Source: a virus
Lineage: Duplodnaviria > Caudoviricetes
DNA length: 64,000 nucleotides
Direction: 5' to 3' (one strand)
IMG/VR virus record: IMGVR_UViG_3300043567_000723
Shown here: positions 54,873 through 62,984 of the stretch, piece by piece
Numbering within the stretch: position 1 is the first letter of the stretch
Layout of the letters: the number at the start of each line of letters is the position of its first letter
Notes under the pieces: model-generated
What the model was told of the DNA's origin: nothing
Databases searched by the model: none
Seen by the model: only the letters and a program-made list of their open reading frames with translations
Position numbers and translations under genes: made by a program

Positions 54873-55211
54873 ATGGCAAAAATATCAAAAACGCAAAAAA
54901 AGAGGCGCGCTTCGCGCGCCTCCGGTGGAGCAAAAAAGAAAGTACTGTCGCGGCAACAGCGCGAACAGGCGCACGCTATGTCAGGCTATCTAGTTGTCTG
55001 GCGACATGGAATGGATGACGTACCCGTCGGGCTGTACGACTCTTTTCTTGCTGCTATGTCCGTCGCAAAGAACATGAGCCACCGCGCGGGGTACGCCGCC
55101 GCTAAGAAACTCGATATCGACTGCAGCACTCCCGTGTGCTTTGCCGTTGTCGGATTTGACAAAGGCAAACCAGTGGAGATGTTCATCGCAGACCGAAATG
55201 ACGACGCCTGA
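54873..55211 (+). CDS. Hypothetical protein with basic N-terminus
   Basis: GAGG SD; Lys/Arg-rich N-terminal 30 aa. Confidence 0.55.
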   Translation: MAKISKTQKKRRASRASGGAKKKVLSRQQREQAHAMSGYLVVWRHGMDDVPVGLYDSFLAAMSVAKNMSHRAGYAAAKKLDIDCSTPVCFAVVGFDKGKPVEMFIADRNDDA

Positions 55212-55490
55212 TCAGAGCGAGGCTAAGATAACAAAATCGCGGCGGTAGCCCGCGACCGGCCCGCGCTTGCCCATCATAAGCTCGTCGTCGGTCTTGCCGT
55301 TTTCGTCAACGGGATAAGGACCGCCGGCGTTAGATACGCCCGGGCGGTTCAAACCAGCCTCTGCAGCTTTTTGCAGTACCATGTTGGCGGTAGACGCCGA
55401 CAGCAGTTCCTCGATACCATTGCCGCTGACAACAAACTCAGCGCGACCCTGCGTGATGTTAGAAAGGTTATCGACGATGGAGACGGCCAT
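55212..55490 (-). CDS. Hypothetical protein (92 aa, MAVSIVDNLS...)
   Basis: Minus-strand ATG at 55490 preceded by a GGAGG SD; convergent with the upstream + gene. Confidence 0.6.
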   Translation of the reverse strand: MAVSIVDNLSNITQGRAEFVVSGNGIEELLSASTANMVLQKAAEAGLNRPGVSNAGGPYPVDENGKTDDELMMGKRGPVAGYRRDFVILASL

Positions 55491-55527
55491 AGATACCTCC
55501 GAAGAAAAAAAAGACTTGACGTTGGAT

Positions 55528-56028
55528 ATGGTAATGCAGGTCGTGAAGCTTAGCAAGTTGCAAATACGCAATTTGTTTACAGCTGTGTTGAAAAAATCAG
55601 TACCGCCCGGTGACGGTATTTTTAGCCGCGATGACCTATTTTGCGTACTTGTGGCAGATATGCTGGAACGGCTCGCGTTTCTAAAGGCCGAACAGCGCCT
55701 GCTAATTGTCGAAGGTGTCTGGACGGTCAAAAGCCAGCCTTTGCCGCCAGACGCACCCTGCTGCCTGAACCAACTGGTTTTTGCGGACGGGCGCTACTGC
55801 ACGTGGACCGGGCATACCGGCTTCGTCGACCTTGAAACCGGCGACGAATTTCTGGGCATACTCCCCAGCCCGCCCCTAGAGTCGATAGCGTATAATCTAG
55901 ACGAGCTGTACCGCCGGGGCGTACTGCAGATCGAGAATAAGGCAGGGTTTCATGCCAAAAAATTTGATGCAAGAAGCTTGGACGAGTCAGGAGACGTTTG
56001 CGAGCGTCCTGCTGACGCTGTTCCTTGA
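55528..56028 (+). CDS. Hypothetical protein
   Basis: Protein-like ORF; start uncertain (ATG 55528 chosen to avoid overlap with the minus gene). Confidence 0.45.
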   Translation: MVMQVVKLSKLQIRNLFTAVLKKSVPPGDGIFSRDDLFCVLVADMLERLAFLKAEQRLLIVEGVWTVKSQPLPPDAPCCLNQLVFADGRYCTWTGHTGFVDLETGDEFLGILPSPPLESIAYNLDELYRRGVLQIENKAGFHAKKFDARSLDESGDVCERPADAVP

Positions 56029-56626
56029 CCGGTTCGGTGTCGAGGCGCTTGACTGGGATCCGGCGACTATAACCCTTGAAATCGAAGAAGAATTTGACGT
56101 CGACCTGCCGCAGTTGTCGCTCGACAAGCTTGTGGTAGCGATTCAGATTTTAACGACCGATCGTTTCTTCAAGTCGATGCCTGACTTCATCGATTTCTGC
56201 AACGTTCTCGGTGGCGCCACATACCGCCCAGATATGTGGGACCCCGCTGACGCAGAAGAAGTCGCGTGGGGTATGACTGAGTCGTTGCTGCTATCGCCGC
56301 CCGATGACGACGACAACGAACCGTTTAGCGACGAGATTCGCGCGTATATCGGCTCCGTGCTGGATAGCGAGGGTATCATAAACCCGCCAGATATACTGCG
56401 CATAGCATTGCGCGTAGCTCGCGTGTCGCCAAACATGGCCGACTTTTCTGATGACCCGCAAATGTTTAGCGCAATCTATGACGTAGAAGCTGGCAAGACA
56501 GAAGACATTAACGCCGCCATACGTTTAAAAACAGAATTACTTGTTGCGCAACTTTCCGCGCTGAATCTGCAAAACGGAAATACGCAGCAGGTAGTCGCCA
56601 TGTTACGAAACGCGGGGGCAAAATAA
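55952..56626 (+). CDS. Acidic hypothetical protein (224 aa)
   Basis: Protein-like composition; upstream of csrA. Confidence 0.65.
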   Translation: MPKNLMQEAWTSQETFASVLLTLFLDRFGVEALDWDPATITLEIEEEFDVDLPQLSLDKLVVAIQILTTDRFFKSMPDFIDFCNVLGGATYRPDMWDPADAEEVAWGMTESLLLSPPDDDDNEPFSDEIRAYIGSVLDSEGIINPPDILRIALRVARVSPNMADFSDDPQMFSAIYDVEAGKTEDINAAIRLKTELLVAQLSALNLQNGNTQQVVAMLRNAGAK

Positions 56627-56637
56627 GGGGACTTACC

Positions 56638-56841
56638 GTGCTTGTTGTCTCGCGAAAAAGAGAGCAAGAAGTAGTTATCTGTATTGGTAACGGTGTTGTT
56701 GTGAAAGTTTTAGAGATCAACGGGGATCGCGTCAAGATTGGCGTAACCGCGCCGCCCACCATATCGGTGTTGCGCGGCGAGTTGCTTGACCCCAAGAAAA
56801 AGAAGAGAAAGAAAAATGGGCTGGAACGACCGGCTACCTGA
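56638..56841 (+). CDS. csrA: Carbon storage regulator CsrA/RsmA family RNA-binding protein
   Basis: MLVVSRKREQEVVI...VVVKVLEINGDRVKIGVTAPPTISVLRGEL aligns with the CsrA consensus, including the Arg of the V(H/L)R(E/G)E motif; basic C-terminal tail. Confidence 0.92.
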   Translation: MLVVSRKREQEVVICIGNGVVVKVLEINGDRVKIGVTAPPTISVLRGELLDPKKKKRKKNGLERPAT

Positions 56842-57085
56842 TGACCCGTATCGCCCGTACGCAAGCCAAGACGACCGCGATGCGTACGATAACTGGCAGA
56901 TGTATCTAGAACACTGCCGCCAAGAAGAACTGACGTCGCAGAATATAGACCCAGCAAGCGTCAATCAATTTCGGCCAGTAACTATGGTCGACATGTGTCG
57001 TGACTTGCTTTCCCGCTTACTAAAGAACAGCCGTGCCGACCAAAAAAAGCAAAAAGCCAGTAAAGAAAAAAGCCACAAAAAATAA
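56816..57085 (+). CDS. Hypothetical protein
   Basis: ATG 56816 (MGWNDRLPDDPY...) overlaps the csrA 3' end. Confidence 0.5.
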   Translation: MGWNDRLPDDPYRPYASQDDRDAYDNWQMYLEHCRQEELTSQNIDPASVNQFRPVTMVDMCRDLLSRLLKNSRADQKKQKASKEKSHKK

Positions 57086-57260
57086 AGAACGCGAAGAGAC
57101 GTTAACTGCGATTTATGCTGTTGTAGAGGCGCTAGATCAGACAACAGCTGCCGCGTCGATTGCGCGCGTGCCTCTTGGCGCTTTAAAGTGCGTATTGGGC
57201 GGCTTGTATTGCGCGCTGCACTTAATCAACGACTTTAATGTGCCGCCTGAAAAGAAGTAA
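57033..57260 (+). CDS. Hypothetical basic protein (75 aa)
   Basis: Overlapping small ORF ending just before the tRNA. Confidence 0.4.
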   Translation: MPTKKSKKPVKKKATKNKEREETLTAIYAVVEALDQTTAAASIARVPLGALKCVLGGLYCALHLINDFNVPPEKK

Positions 57261-57263
57261 AAA

Positions 57264-57337
57264 TGGTGGAGGTTGGATTCGAACCAACGTCCTCTAGCTT
57301 ATGAGGCTAGCGAGCTACCGGGCTGCTCCACTCCACG
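57264..57337 (-). tRNA. trnM: tRNA-Met(CAT), initiator-like body
   Basis: Minus strand: CGTGGAG TG GAGC-AGCCCGGTA-GCTC G CTAGC-CTCATAA-GCTAG AGGAC GTTGG-TTCGAAT-CCAAC CTCCACC A. Has a C1:C72 mismatch and an A11:U24 pair. Confidence 0.9.
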
Positions 57338-57343
57338 CCAGTA

Positions 57344-58528
57344 CTACTCCGAGAGCTGCGCCAGCTCATGCAGGCGCTCAAGCGGAAGTAGTGTTTCAAA
57401 AGCCGCGGCTTTAACAACCGCGCCCGCATTCTTTTCCTGCATTAAACGGTCTAATGTCGCCGCCATGCCGCGGTCCAGCGTCGGCACAAGTGCTGCCAGC
57501 TTATCGCGGTCCATGTAAACGCCGCCGGCGCTTACCGCTTCGGCAAAATCATCGCCGAGCCACTCGCGCACATCTTCAACCGCTAGCTTCTCAAGATCTT
57601 CTAGCGCGTAAACGTTACCGGTAGTAGTCTCGACGTTTTGACTCATAAAATCGCGGGCGACCTTTTCGGTAATCGCAAACAAGACTTCTTCCGGCCGAGA
57701 TAAACCGCCGGCATCGTACATGCGGTTTAAATTGGTGTTACGGTCAAAATCGTCGACCGCGCTCGCCAACTTTAGACGCATGTCAGTGTCCCGAGCCCTA
57801 TCCGGGTTCTGGTCAATGACTGCTGCTAACTTGGACAACTCAGCGGAAAGCGCCCCATGGCTGCGCTGCGTGAGCCGTACGCGATCTTTGAGCATTTGGC
57901 TGGCCACCTTAGCTGCACAAGCACCTAAGCCAGCGGCCAGTTCAAGCGCGCCGTCAGCGTCCGATACGTCGGCACTGTATTCGGCGGCCTTTTCAAGAAT
58001 TTTTGTGGCAATAACGTGACGGTCTGCGAACACAAAATTATCGCGGAACTCCCTGAAGTGCGCGGCAGCAAACTTTACTTCCGACGCATTTCGTAACGGC
58101 CAGTGACGTTCCTTACCGCCGACGTCGCTAACCCAGACGATAGCGAATTCAGAGTCAGGTAGGCTGTTTAAATCCTGCGCGCCAGCAGCGGCCATTTTCT
58201 CTTCCAGCTCAGCAATAGTGCCGGAAATGCCAAAATATTCGGCTGCTTGGTGTATCTTAGATTTAATGGCGGCGGCTTCCTGCGCGTCGAAGTTTGCTTG
58301 CTTGTCCATAAAGAACAGCGCAGACATCCATGTTGCGGGAGCCGTGTGACACGGATACAGTTTATTGCGCTGATCGGCGTACAGGTGTCGCGGTAAGGAT
58401 TCCGTGGCTGCGCCAGTTCTGTCTTGTGCGGCACTTTTAACGAATGTCGGGCACGGATAAAGCGTAGTAAGCCTGTGGGTCTCGCGACCACTTACATCGT
58501 GCGCCTGATCGAGCGAGATATTTGTCAT
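57344..58528 (-). CDS. Head-related protein with LPDSEFA...RHWPL domain (DUF6582-like) and K-x-A motifs
   Basis: AGGTAGGA SD. LNSLPDSEFAIVW...ERHWPLRNASEVKFAAAHF...IATKILEKAAEY is a pattern seen in phage head/scaffold proteins. Confidence 0.6.
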   Translation of the reverse strand: MTNISLDQAHDVSGRETHRLTTLYPCPTFVKSAAQDRTGAATESLPRHLYADQRNKLYPCHTAPATWMSALFFMDKQANFDAQEAAAIKSKIHQAAEYFGISGTIAELEEKMAAAGAQDLNSLPDSEFAIVWVSDVGGKERHWPLRNASEVKFAAAHFREFRDNFVFADRHVIATKILEKAAEYSADVSDADGALELAAGLGACAAKVASQMLKDRVRLTQRSHGALSAELSKLAAVIDQNPDRARDTDMRLKLASAVDDFDRNTNLNRMYDAGGLSRPEEVLFAITEKVARDFMSQNVETTTGNVYALEDLEKLAVEDVREWLGDDFAEAVSAGGVYMDRDKLAALVPTLDRGMAATLDRLMQEKNAGAVVKAAAFETLLPLERLHELAQLSE

Positions 58529-58565
58529 GGGTTTTCCTACCTGTTTAATCGGCCGACATCACCAT

Positions 58566-61157
58566 ATGGGCGCCCTATCGGCATTGGGCGTTGCGCCAGA
58601 AAACCCGTCTTTTCCGGCAGTCGTTCGTTGTCCAGTCTGTCAACAGAATACTTTACACCTGTTTGACGATTTAGTCACCGACGGTATCTGGCTGCACTGT
58701 AATTCGTGCTTAGCCCATGGAGATATCATAACCTTTGCGACGTCAATATGGAATACAAGCCTGCCGGACGCCCTTGACCGTTTTGCCGACTTAAACCTCA
58801 TAAATCGCGGCGAAAAAAATAATATGGCCGGCGAGATTGAACGATCTCACAGGCGGCAAACAGATCTTGACCATTTCTGGGTAGACGTGGAATCGCAGGT
58901 CTGGAACCACGGCGATGACGTTATTTCCTGCCGATTACGCGAACTGGGTGTGGCACACGAAATTAACGCTAACGGTTTAGTCGGCGTTGCGCACACAGAC
59001 CAGATCGCCAAGATATGCGCCGACCTAGGCCGCCCTCGCCCTAAAAATATTAGAGCCGGTGGCGCCAGCATTGTGTTCCCGTACTACGATCTGCCGGGTC
59101 GTTTTTCTGGTGTCTTGTTATCGCAGTACAGCGATGACTTTGACGTCCGACATACATATATCCCCGTGACAGGGTATAAACGCCGCCGACCAGAGGCCGG
59201 TTATTTTCTACTCAAAACAATGCTGTTGTCGCCGCCAGAAATATTAAAAAACACGCAATTTATTCTGGACGACCCGTGCTGGGTTCTGCAGTTACAGTGT
59301 GATCAATTAAAACGCGGGTTGTCGCTGCTGCCGTTAATTTCTAGTTACACAGGTAATGAAGCAAACAGTTACGGTAAAAACTGGGCGTCCTTCCAGCCAA
59401 TTGCGCGGTTATTTCAAAGCCGCAGCACATCCCCGGAGTTAATAAGCCGGGTGTGTACGGCGCGCGGTTACGTCTGTATCGGCGGGCAACGAAACCCGAA
59501 CGCACGCGACGCCAACGATGCAATTAAGCAGTTGGCTAAAATTCGCAAGAGCGCGGAAACGTGGCAAACAAGCTTAGCGAATACGCTCGGCCACATGAAC
59601 GAAATATCAGCGCATTCGTTTGCCAGCCGTTTAACAATATCGGCTGACAAATTGAGTCCTTTTCTGCAAAAAATCTCGGATAAGTTTTCTGCCGGTTTTA
59701 CAGATCGCGTGTTGGCAAACGCACTGATCTCGGCGCCGCTTGGTACCGTGCAAACCCCGCGGCGGTGGATGGTCACGCCGCGGTCTGACGGGTGGTGGAA
59801 TTGCGCAAACCACCGCGTGTGCTCGGCTAATGTTGTTATTCAAAAAATAGTGCAAGCTGACGACGGCGATAAAACATATAGCGGCGTTATACACCTAAAC
59901 GGCGAGCAATTTGAATTCTCCGACAACGCTAAAAAAATTGAAAGCATGGGCTTATTGGCTTATGCGCAAGCGTACATGGCGCCAAAAAGAAAGCTCTTGG
60001 TATTTGATCGCGCGTGGAATCGCCGCAGTCATTTGATATCAATTGAGTTAAATAACCCAGAACTCATTAGCGTGTCCAGCCGACTTGGTTGGGATGAGCG
60101 TTCCGGCGTATTCCGGTTTTCAAATTGCGAACTTACAAACGAGGGCGCAATTACACCGACAATAATTCCGGTAACTAAAAAACAACGAGTCGCATTTCCC
60201 GAACCAACGCCTGTTGCGCCGCCAGCAATCAGGCAGTTTTTAACGCCAAGCTACGAGAACGCATTTACATGGACGGTCTTTGCCGCCATTGCCGCTGAAT
60301 TGATAAACCCAATTTTGCGGCGCGATCCAGTAGCCACAGGAATACCCGGCCAGAACTTCAACACTGCCGCCAGAATCGGCGCCGCCCTTGGTTGCGAACA
60401 GACGCAATCGTCGGCGCTCAAGCGCAGCCACGTAAGCCGGCAGCTGTCTGAGGCCTCCGACAAAGCTGACTGGCCGTTATTCGCTGCCAGCCCGTTCGAC
60501 GACGCGAGCTACAGTGCCGTTGTTCCGAAATGCCACAACCGGTCGATTTTCGTAAAGATCAACCAGCTTAGTGCCGTAATTGCGCCCAGCTACAGCTGGC
60601 AGGTTATTCACGGGCGTGCCGCGCCAGCTACCACAGATTTTTCTGTTTTGCGGCACGTTTTACCGGCGTATATCCAGCGCGCTCTTAGATCCCGGATGCG
60701 CCTAGCGACACTAAATAAGAATACGACAATCGCCGTTTTGACCGACCTACACGCGTGGCTGCAAGAGACATACGAAGCTAGTTTCCAGCTGAATTACGCA
60801 ATAAACCAGTTAACGACGCCAGCGCAGGCACATATAGCTCTTATGGAGGAGCTACAGCGCGGGGTGGCCCTTGGTCAATTAGCGGTAGTACCCCATCCAC
60901 GAAAACACAGACAACCTGTAAACTATCTGGTGCGTAAAAAGGAACACTGGTGGTTGAACCAAAGAGGTATAGACCGCTATTTTTATATCGGTAAAACTGT
61001 CGTTCCTAACTGGTTGCTGATTATAGAATTAATGTCAAATGACGGTGTCTTTATTGCGGAAGAGCTTGTGCGTAATATGCCCGGTTTAATTATTAATACC
61101 CAATGGGGCGATAAGTACCTTTTAACGAGCACTAACGAGGCCCGCGAAATCGGATAA
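58566..61157 (+). CDS. DnaG-like primase-related protein (Zn-binding domain, degenerate TOPRIM) with large C-terminal region
   Basis: CPVC...HCNSCLAHGDII zinc-binding domain; IVFPYYDLPGRFSG resembles DnaG FPI.D..G.VIGF; no clear catalytic ExxxD/DxD or Walker A. Confidence 0.55.
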   Translation: MGALSALGVAPENPSFPAVVRCPVCQQNTLHLFDDLVTDGIWLHCNSCLAHGDIITFATSIWNTSLPDALDRFADLNLINRGEKNNMAGEIERSHRRQTDLDHFWVDVESQVWNHGDDVISCRLRELGVAHEINANGLVGVAHTDQIAKICADLGRPRPKNIRAGGASIVFPYYDLPGRFSGVLLSQYSDDFDVRHTYIPVTGYKRRRPEAGYFLLKTMLLSPPEILKNTQFILDDPCWVLQLQCDQLKRGLSLLPLISSYTGNEANSYGKNWASFQPIARLFQSRSTSPELISRVCTARGYVCIGGQRNPNARDANDAIKQLAKIRKSAETWQTSLANTLGHMNEISAHSFASRLTISADKLSPFLQKISDKFSAGFTDRVLANALISAPLGTVQTPRRWMVTPRSDGWWNCANHRVCSANVVIQKIVQADDGDKTYSGVIHLNGEQFEFSDNAKKIESMGLLAYAQAYMAPKRKLLVFDRAWNRRSHLISIELNNPELISVSSRLGWDERSGVFRFSNCELTNEGAITPTIIPVTKKQRVAFPEPTPVAPPAIRQFLTPSYENAFTWTVFAAIAAELINPILRRDPVATGIPGQNFNTAARIGAALGCEQTQSSALKRSHVSRQLSEASDKADWPLFAASPFDDASYSAVVPKCHNRSIFVKINQLSAVIAPSYSWQVIHGRAAPATTDFSVLRHVLPAYIQRALRSRMRLATLNKNTTIAVLTDLHAWLQETYEASFQLNYAINQLTTPAQAHIALMEELQRGVALGQLAVVPHPRKHRQPVNYLVRKKEHWWLNQRGIDRYFYIGKTVVPNWLLIIELMSNDGVFIAEELVRNMPGLIINTQWGDKYLLTSTNEAREIG

Positions 61158-61162
61158 AAATA

Positions 61163-61513
61163 ATGCGCTATCTAGAGTCCGCATCATTTCGTCACGCAAG
61201 AAAAATAGACGCCAAACACGATGATGGTCTTGATGATGATTTCATCGAAGAGGCGTGGCAATTTGTGAATGACGATGACGATGACGATGATGATGACGAC
61301 GATAGCCTATTCAATTTACCGAAACCAAATTTCTTCATACCTGACGACGAGGATGAAGACGAAGATGAAGATGCCGAATATGTCGAAGATGATGAAGACG
61401 AAGAATACGAAGATGATGACGACGAAGAATACGACGAAGACGACGAAGATGAAGACGATCCGGCATACAATGAAGATTTTGACGTAGACAACGACGAATA
61501 CGATGATGAATAA
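61163..61513 (+). CDS. Highly acidic Asp/Glu-rich protein (116 aa)
   Basis: C-terminal two-thirds are nearly all D/E, punctuated by Y/F. Confidence 0.7.
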   Translation: MRYLESASFRHARKIDAKHDDGLDDDFIEEAWQFVNDDDDDDDDDDDSLFNLPKPNFFIPDDEDEDEDEDAEYVEDDEDEEYEDDDDEEYDEDDEDEDDPAYNEDFDVDNDEYDDE

Positions 61514-61521
61514 AAGGAGTT

Positions 61522-61986
61522 ATGCAAACTTTTCTACCGCTGCCCAGCTTTCGGGCTTCGGCGGCTTGCTTGGACAATAAACGACTTGGAAAACAACGGG
61601 TCGAGTGCAAACAAATTCTTTTGTGTCTGGGCGTTCCAATTGGTGAACACACGCCCGGTAAATCCAGCTGGAGAAATCATCCGGCTGTGCGCATGTGGGC
61701 TGGATCTGAAATAGCCCTGATCGCATACAGCGCCGTAATTTGCAGAGAATGGCGCCGCCGCGGGTTTCGCGATACACTGCACGCGCAGTTCATGGAAGCA
61801 TATGATCGCGAACGGGGCGGACTAATAGTTCCGTATCCGCGATGGTTTCGGAGTCGGCGCTTTCATTCCAGTCACCGTAGTAATTTGCTGCGCAAAGACT
61901 ATAATCACTACTCGCGTTTCGGTTGGATGGAGTCAATTGACTTGCCATACTATTGGCCCGTTAGTGACGTAGCAGTTAATGTTTAA
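61522..61986 (+). CDS. Pyrimidine dimer DNA glycosylase / MSMEG_6728-like protein
   Basis: MQTFLP...LDNKRLGKQRVECKQIL...WRNHPAVRMW...HSSHRSNLLRKD family signature. Confidence 0.8.
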   Translation: MQTFLPLPSFRASAACLDNKRLGKQRVECKQILLCLGVPIGEHTPGKSSWRNHPAVRMWAGSEIALIAYSAVICREWRRRGFRDTLHAQFMEAYDRERGGLIVPYPRWFRSRRFHSSHRSNLLRKDYNHYSRFGWMESIDLPYYWPVSDVAVNV

Positions 61987-61991
61987 TATAT

Positions 61992-62064
61992 GCCGGTGTA
62001 GCTCAGTTGGTAGAGCCACTGATTTGTAATCAGTAGGTCGTCGGTTCGAGTCCGACCGCCGGCT
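61992..62064 (+). tRNA. trnT: tRNA-Thr(TGT)
   Basis: GCCGGTG acceptor, GCTC D-arm, ACTGA-TTTGTAA-TCAGT anticodon arm, GTCGG-TTCGAGT-CCGAC T-arm; CCA not encoded. Confidence 0.95.
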
Positions 62065-62066
62065 TT

Positions 62067-62257
62067 ATGGCAGATACGCGGGGCGCGCGTTTAACGCTTG
62101 AAGTGATAAACGTATCGGGCTGATCCCCTGAGCGGACGAAGCTTGCGGACGGGGAAGAAATGCAGAGTTGATCGCTGCTGTTGTGTACCCGTATTAAATC
62201 CTGAAATGACAGGAAAACAAAAATTTATCACAGCCGGTTCGACTCCGGCCTGCCATT
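62067..62257 (+). ncRNA. tRNA-like structured RNA with ~130-nt internal domain
   Basis: ATGGCAG/CTGCCAT 7-bp acceptor-like stem, GCCGG-TTCGACT-CCGGC T-arm, ACGCG/CGCGT D-like hairpin, GTGATAAA/TTTATCAC closing stem. No canonical anticodon arm. Confidence 0.65.
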
Positions 62258-62263
62258 ATTAAT

Positions 62264-62294
62264 TGGTATAATCCATAGTTAGTCACGGAGGACT
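62264..62294 (+). promoter_or_regulatory. Extended -10 promoter (TG-G-TATAAT) and CsrA-type SD hairpin AGTC-ACGGAG-GACT
   Basis: TATAAT at 62267-62272 preceded by TG-N; 4-bp hairpin at 62281-62294 with ANGGAN loop. Confidence 0.6.
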
Positions 62295-62298
62295 TGCT

Positions 62299-62727
62299 AT
62301 GGATTTTCATATCAGCCTTAAAGATATCAATACATTAGCGCCAACTGAGATTGACGAGATATACAACCGGTTGTCTGTGCCGGGTCGCAATATGCGCGAC
62401 GAAATCTCTAAGCGTTATATCGAACGCTGGCCGGGTGAGCACGAAGCCATGACGATGGCGCTAATCCACCAAAACGGTTTATTTGTTGCGTGGGTTGGTT
62501 CTCGACCTTTTAAAGAAAAATTCAAAGGCAAGATGCTCGACGTTCAAACAGTCGAGTGTTTTACAGACCCAGAACTACGGCGCCGCGGTATTGCGCAGCT
62601 TGGTTTACAAGCGCTTATAAGTGCCGGCGTAATTAATAGAGACAAACCCGTGTCTGTGTACGAAAAATCTGTAGTTAAAATGGCGGAGCGCTGCGGATGC
62701 AAGTTCGTGGTGTTGTGTATTTCATGA
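62299..62727 (+). CDS. GNAT-family acetyltransferase
   Basis: Motif A: VECFTDPELRRRGIAQLGLQAL. Confidence 0.7.
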   Translation: MDFHISLKDINTLAPTEIDEIYNRLSVPGRNMRDEISKRYIERWPGEHEAMTMALIHQNGLFVAWVGSRPFKEKFKGKMLDVQTVECFTDPELRRRGIAQLGLQALISAGVINRDKPVSVYEKSVVKMAERCGCKFVVLCIS

Positions 62728-62984
62728 AACGATATCACGACGAAAAACACATCATTGATAAACGCATTAAAAACTATCGGCTAATCAATGCTGGTTGGTT
62801 ATCTGCTGTAACAGATTCAAACAAAAAACAAAACGCTATACCCGAGGGTCGTTATAGAAAAACGGCGCGCTGTGGTGGCTGCGGTCGTGCGCGTTGCCAG
62901 CTGTGTCATCCAGAAAAATATCCAAAAAGAAAACCAACCAGAAAAGAAATTCAATTCAAAAAGGATGCTGAAACAAATGAGTGA
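62724..62984 (+). CDS. Small basic protein with CGGC/CxxC Zn-finger-like motif
   Basis: ATGA overlap with the GNAT stop; RCGGCGRARCQLCHPEK. Confidence 0.55.
   Translation: MKRYHDEKHIIDKRIKNYRLINAGWLSAVTDSNKKQNAIPEGRYRKTARCGGCGRARCQLCHPEKYPKRKPTRKEIQFKKDAETNE

Noticed and set aside
58526-58529. Two divergent ORFs sharing one CATG palindrome as start
   Set aside because: The plus-strand ATG 58527 has no SD and overlaps the minus gene's SD region; ATG 58566 is the more plausible start.
61192-61527. Ser-rich minus-strand ORF and GATGAC/GAAGAT microsatellite-like DNA
   Set aside because: By-product of the Asp/Glu codons of the plus-strand acidic protein.
62067-62257. Calling this element tmRNA, tRNA-Sec or an intron-containing tRNA
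   Set aside because: No G3-U70 pair or typical tag, no UCA anticodon arm, no group I core, and wrong length; kept only as an unclassified tRNA-like RNA.
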